Positions 57,120 to 59,368 of a stretch of DNA of 59,368 nt are shown here, piece after piece. The DNA comes from a virus (lineage: Duplodnaviria > Caudoviricetes): positions 1 through 59,368 of the IMG/VR virus record IMGVR_UViG_3300025150_000016. One strand, 5' to 3'. How positions within the stretch are numbered: position 1 is the first letter of the stretch; each line of letters begins with the position of its first letter. Made by a program: the position numbers and the translations under genes. The notes under the pieces were generated by a model that saw nothing but the letters and a program-made list of their open reading frames with translations, did no database searches and had not been told where the DNA came from.

Positions 57120-59368
57120 TCGTTCATCCCGGCCTTGTCGGTGGACTCCTGAAGCAGGGCCAACTGGCGTTGTTCTTCCAGCCGCTCGGGGAGGTCCGCC
57201 TCGAACCGGGCCAGAGAAACCAGGGTCCCCAACAGCCTGTGCGTCCGGTAGGCCAGCCAGATGTAGCGGATCGGGCGGAGCCGGTCCGAGTTGTTGAGGA
57301 TCTCCTCGACCCGATCTGGCAGGACCGGGCGAGCAGCCCCACCAACGGTGGACGTATAGGCTGTGTAGGGACCTCCGGCTCCAGGGAATGCCACGTTAGG
57401 GGGGTTGACCCCTGTGTCCTGCCCTCGATACGGGTCGGCTAGCACAGGGTTGGCGTTCGTGGGCTCCATCCGGTCGAGAGTCGGGTCCAAGATCCAGAAC
57501 CGCCGCCCAAGGATGGAGAGGCAGTTGTCCGAGTTCATGTACGGCGAGTGGTTCCACATGCCGACCAAGCTCTGGACGAAGGCATTTGCCAGCAGGCCGA
57601 GGTCACCCAAGTCGTGCGGGTGCATGTCCCGCATCCACCGGAAATAGGGTCCCAACCGCCGCTCCTGCATGACCCCCGAAAGCACCTCGATCCACGAGAG
57701 CATCCGTTCCCGCACGGTGAGGATGAAGTCGATGGCCTCCTCGGAGAACATCTGGTTGGGGCGGATGATCCGGTAGCTCACCGGCCGGATGCTGTGGATG
57801 TCGCCGTCCGCCGAGGCGTAGCCGATCTGGTAGCTGCCGCTCGGGCTTCGGGTCTGGGAGGGCCGCAGGTCGTTTTGACCCTCTTTGCCAGAGGACGGGC
57901 CATTGGCGGTCCACCCGGGCTGGGACACCGTCGGGTAGATGGTGTAGCCGAGGTCACTGAAATTCGGGTGTCCGCTGTCGGGGAACACCACATCCGTGGT
58001 GCCGTCCCCTGCGAACGTGTGGACCGGGTTCACCGTCAGTTCGGGGGGGTCCACTGTGTCGCTGATGCCGGAGATGCGGTAGAAGCCCCGGTTGTCGTCG
58101 AGGTCATCGGTAGTCCCGGCAACCCAACCTGCCCGCCCCTGGACCCCGATGTCCCCCACAGGCTCACGGCCCCGCTCCTCCGCCTGGGGAATGGTCCCCG
58201 CAGGGTCGATGATGAGGATGTCCCCCTTCTTGACTCCCCTGGCAGCCCATCCACCGTTGGCCACCGTGACGCCGGTCTGGGGGTGGTCGTCGGAGAAGCG
58301 GTTGACGGCGTTGTCGTAGCCGGTGGTGTTCGACGGGGTGAAGCCCCCCTGCTCGGCGGCGTAATCGGCGAAGGTGCGGTGGACCTCCTTGTAGGTCACG
58401 AGGTCAAGCAACTGCTCCATCGACTGCTCGTGAGGGACAGGGGCCTGGCGGAGCCATATCTCGAACCGAAGACCGCCATCGGCCACCAGTTCCGCCGGAG
58501 TCTTGGTGCGAAGCCCTGGGATGGCGAGCTTGATAGTGCCCGGAGCAACCACTGCGACGACCTCCACCTGCTCCAGAAGTCGTCCATTCTCGTCGAGGAG
58601 ACGGAACATGTCCCCCGGGTGGAGGTTCACGTCGGGGCTGTTGAACGGGCCAAGGTTGGTCCCCGTGTACGCCTTGCCGTCGTTCCAGATGTCCGGGGCC
58701 AGGGCAACCGACGGGCTCGGGGGCACATCGGTGTTCCACTGCATGGTGAACCCTGCGGCATCCACGACGGCAAAGCCCCGGGAGGTCGTGCTGTAGCCCG
58801 TGATGCGCCCACGCCGGATCTCGTAGGCGTAGCGGAGGGGCAGGAAGTCGTTCATGACGGCGGAGAACTCGTGCCACCGCCGGACACGCCGCACGGTGAA
58901 GTGGACCTGCTCCGGGGAGGTTGGGGCCACCACCGCAATGGAGAAGTCCTGGTAGCTCCGCATCCCCGTCTGGGGGGTGGCCGACCCAAGGAGGGTGTGG
59001 TCCGCATCGACGACGTGCTGGTTCTGATCCCCCAACGCCCCCAGGTCCCTGGTCGGCTGGGGGTACTTGGCCTCCAAGAAGATGCCGCCTTGAGCAGCGA
59101 AGCCGGGGGTCGGACCCCCCGGGTCCTCCATGCGGAACTCTGTCTGCGGGATGAGGCAGTCGGTGTTGGCTCCGGCTTTGCCGTGGCCCGCCGGGTTGTT
59201 CAGGCCATCCCACTGGTCCGTGGTGAGATTGAGGTAAAGCCGGATGGGGACGTGGGGATACAGGGGCACCTGGTCGTCGTTGACGAACGTGTGCCCGTTC
59301 AGCCCCACGGCGTCCTGCACGCTGATCTGCCCGGCCGCTGGTGCCGCTCCCGCTACGATGGTGCCAGC
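57116..59368 (-). CDS. C-terminal part of a large virion structural protein (5' end outside the window)
   Basis: Frame stays open to the window edge; DDNRGFYRI and GDILIIDP motifs; composition like the other tail proteins. Confidence 0.75.
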   Translation of the reverse strand, partial: AGTIVAGAAPAAGQISVQDAVGLNGHTFVNDDQVPLYPHVPIRLYLNLTTDQWDGLNNPAGHGKAGANTDCLIPQTEFRMEDPGGPTPGFAAQGGIFLEAKYPQPTRDLGALGDQNQHVVDADHTLLGSATPQTGMRSYQDFSIAVVAPTSPEQVHFTVRRVRRWHEFSAVMNDFLPLRYAYEIRRGRITGYSTTSRGFAVVDAAGFTMQWNTDVPPSPSVALAPDIWNDGKAYTGTNLGPFNSPDVNLHPGDMFRLLDENGRLLEQVEVVAVVAPGTIKLAIPGLRTKTPAELVADGGLRFEIWLRQAPVPHEQSMEQLLDLVTYKEVHRTFADYAAEQGGFTPSNTTGYDNAVNRFSDDHPQTGVTVANGGWAARGVKKGDILIIDPAGTIPQAEERGREPVGDIGVQGRAGWVAGTTDDLDDNRGFYRISGISDTVDPPELTVNPVHTFAGDGTTDVVFPDSGHPNFSDLGYTIYPTVSQPGWTANGPSSGKEGQNDLRPSQTRSPSGSYQIGYASADGDIHSIRPVSYRIIRPNQMFSEEAIDFILTVRERMLSWIEVLSGVMQERRLGPYFRWMRDMHPHDLGDLGLLANAFVQSLVGMWNHSPYMNSDNCLSILGRRFWILDPTLDRMEPTNANPVLADPYRGQDTGVNPPNVAFPGAGGPYTAYTSTVGGAARPVLPDRVEEILNNSDRLRPIRYIWLAYRTHRLLGTLVSLARFEADLPERLEEQRQLALLQESTDKAGMNE

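Overview
GC-rich fragment of a large, probably jumbo, contractile-tailed phage. No host housekeeping genes, rRNA, tRNA or CRISPR array were recognised. Left end (1-10.6 kb): a 5'-truncated UvrD/PcrA-like helicase with three inteins (one LAGLIDADG, two paralogous ones with a GIY-YIG-like core), then small accessory genes (WGR-domain, DUF6011-like, two lipoproteins) preceded by a repeated TTTTAGTC-N7-GGTGCSGGTAGA element. From 10.6 kb to the end: one minus-strand tail/baseplate cluster (gp25-like, baseplate J-like, gpI-like, several 1000-2300 aa virion proteins including a beta-helix spike, a holin-like gene) with a second promoter-like motif. Three free-standing endonuclease genes of different families interrupt this cluster (LAGLIDADG, PD-(D/E)XK, GIY-YIG), each next to apparently recoded gene ends. 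The most unusual signal is a 26-nt antisense, allele-like copy of the recoding junction in the leader of the PD-(D/E)XK nuclease, a candidate guide or regulatory RNA. All family calls come from motif recognition by eye; no searches or counts were run.
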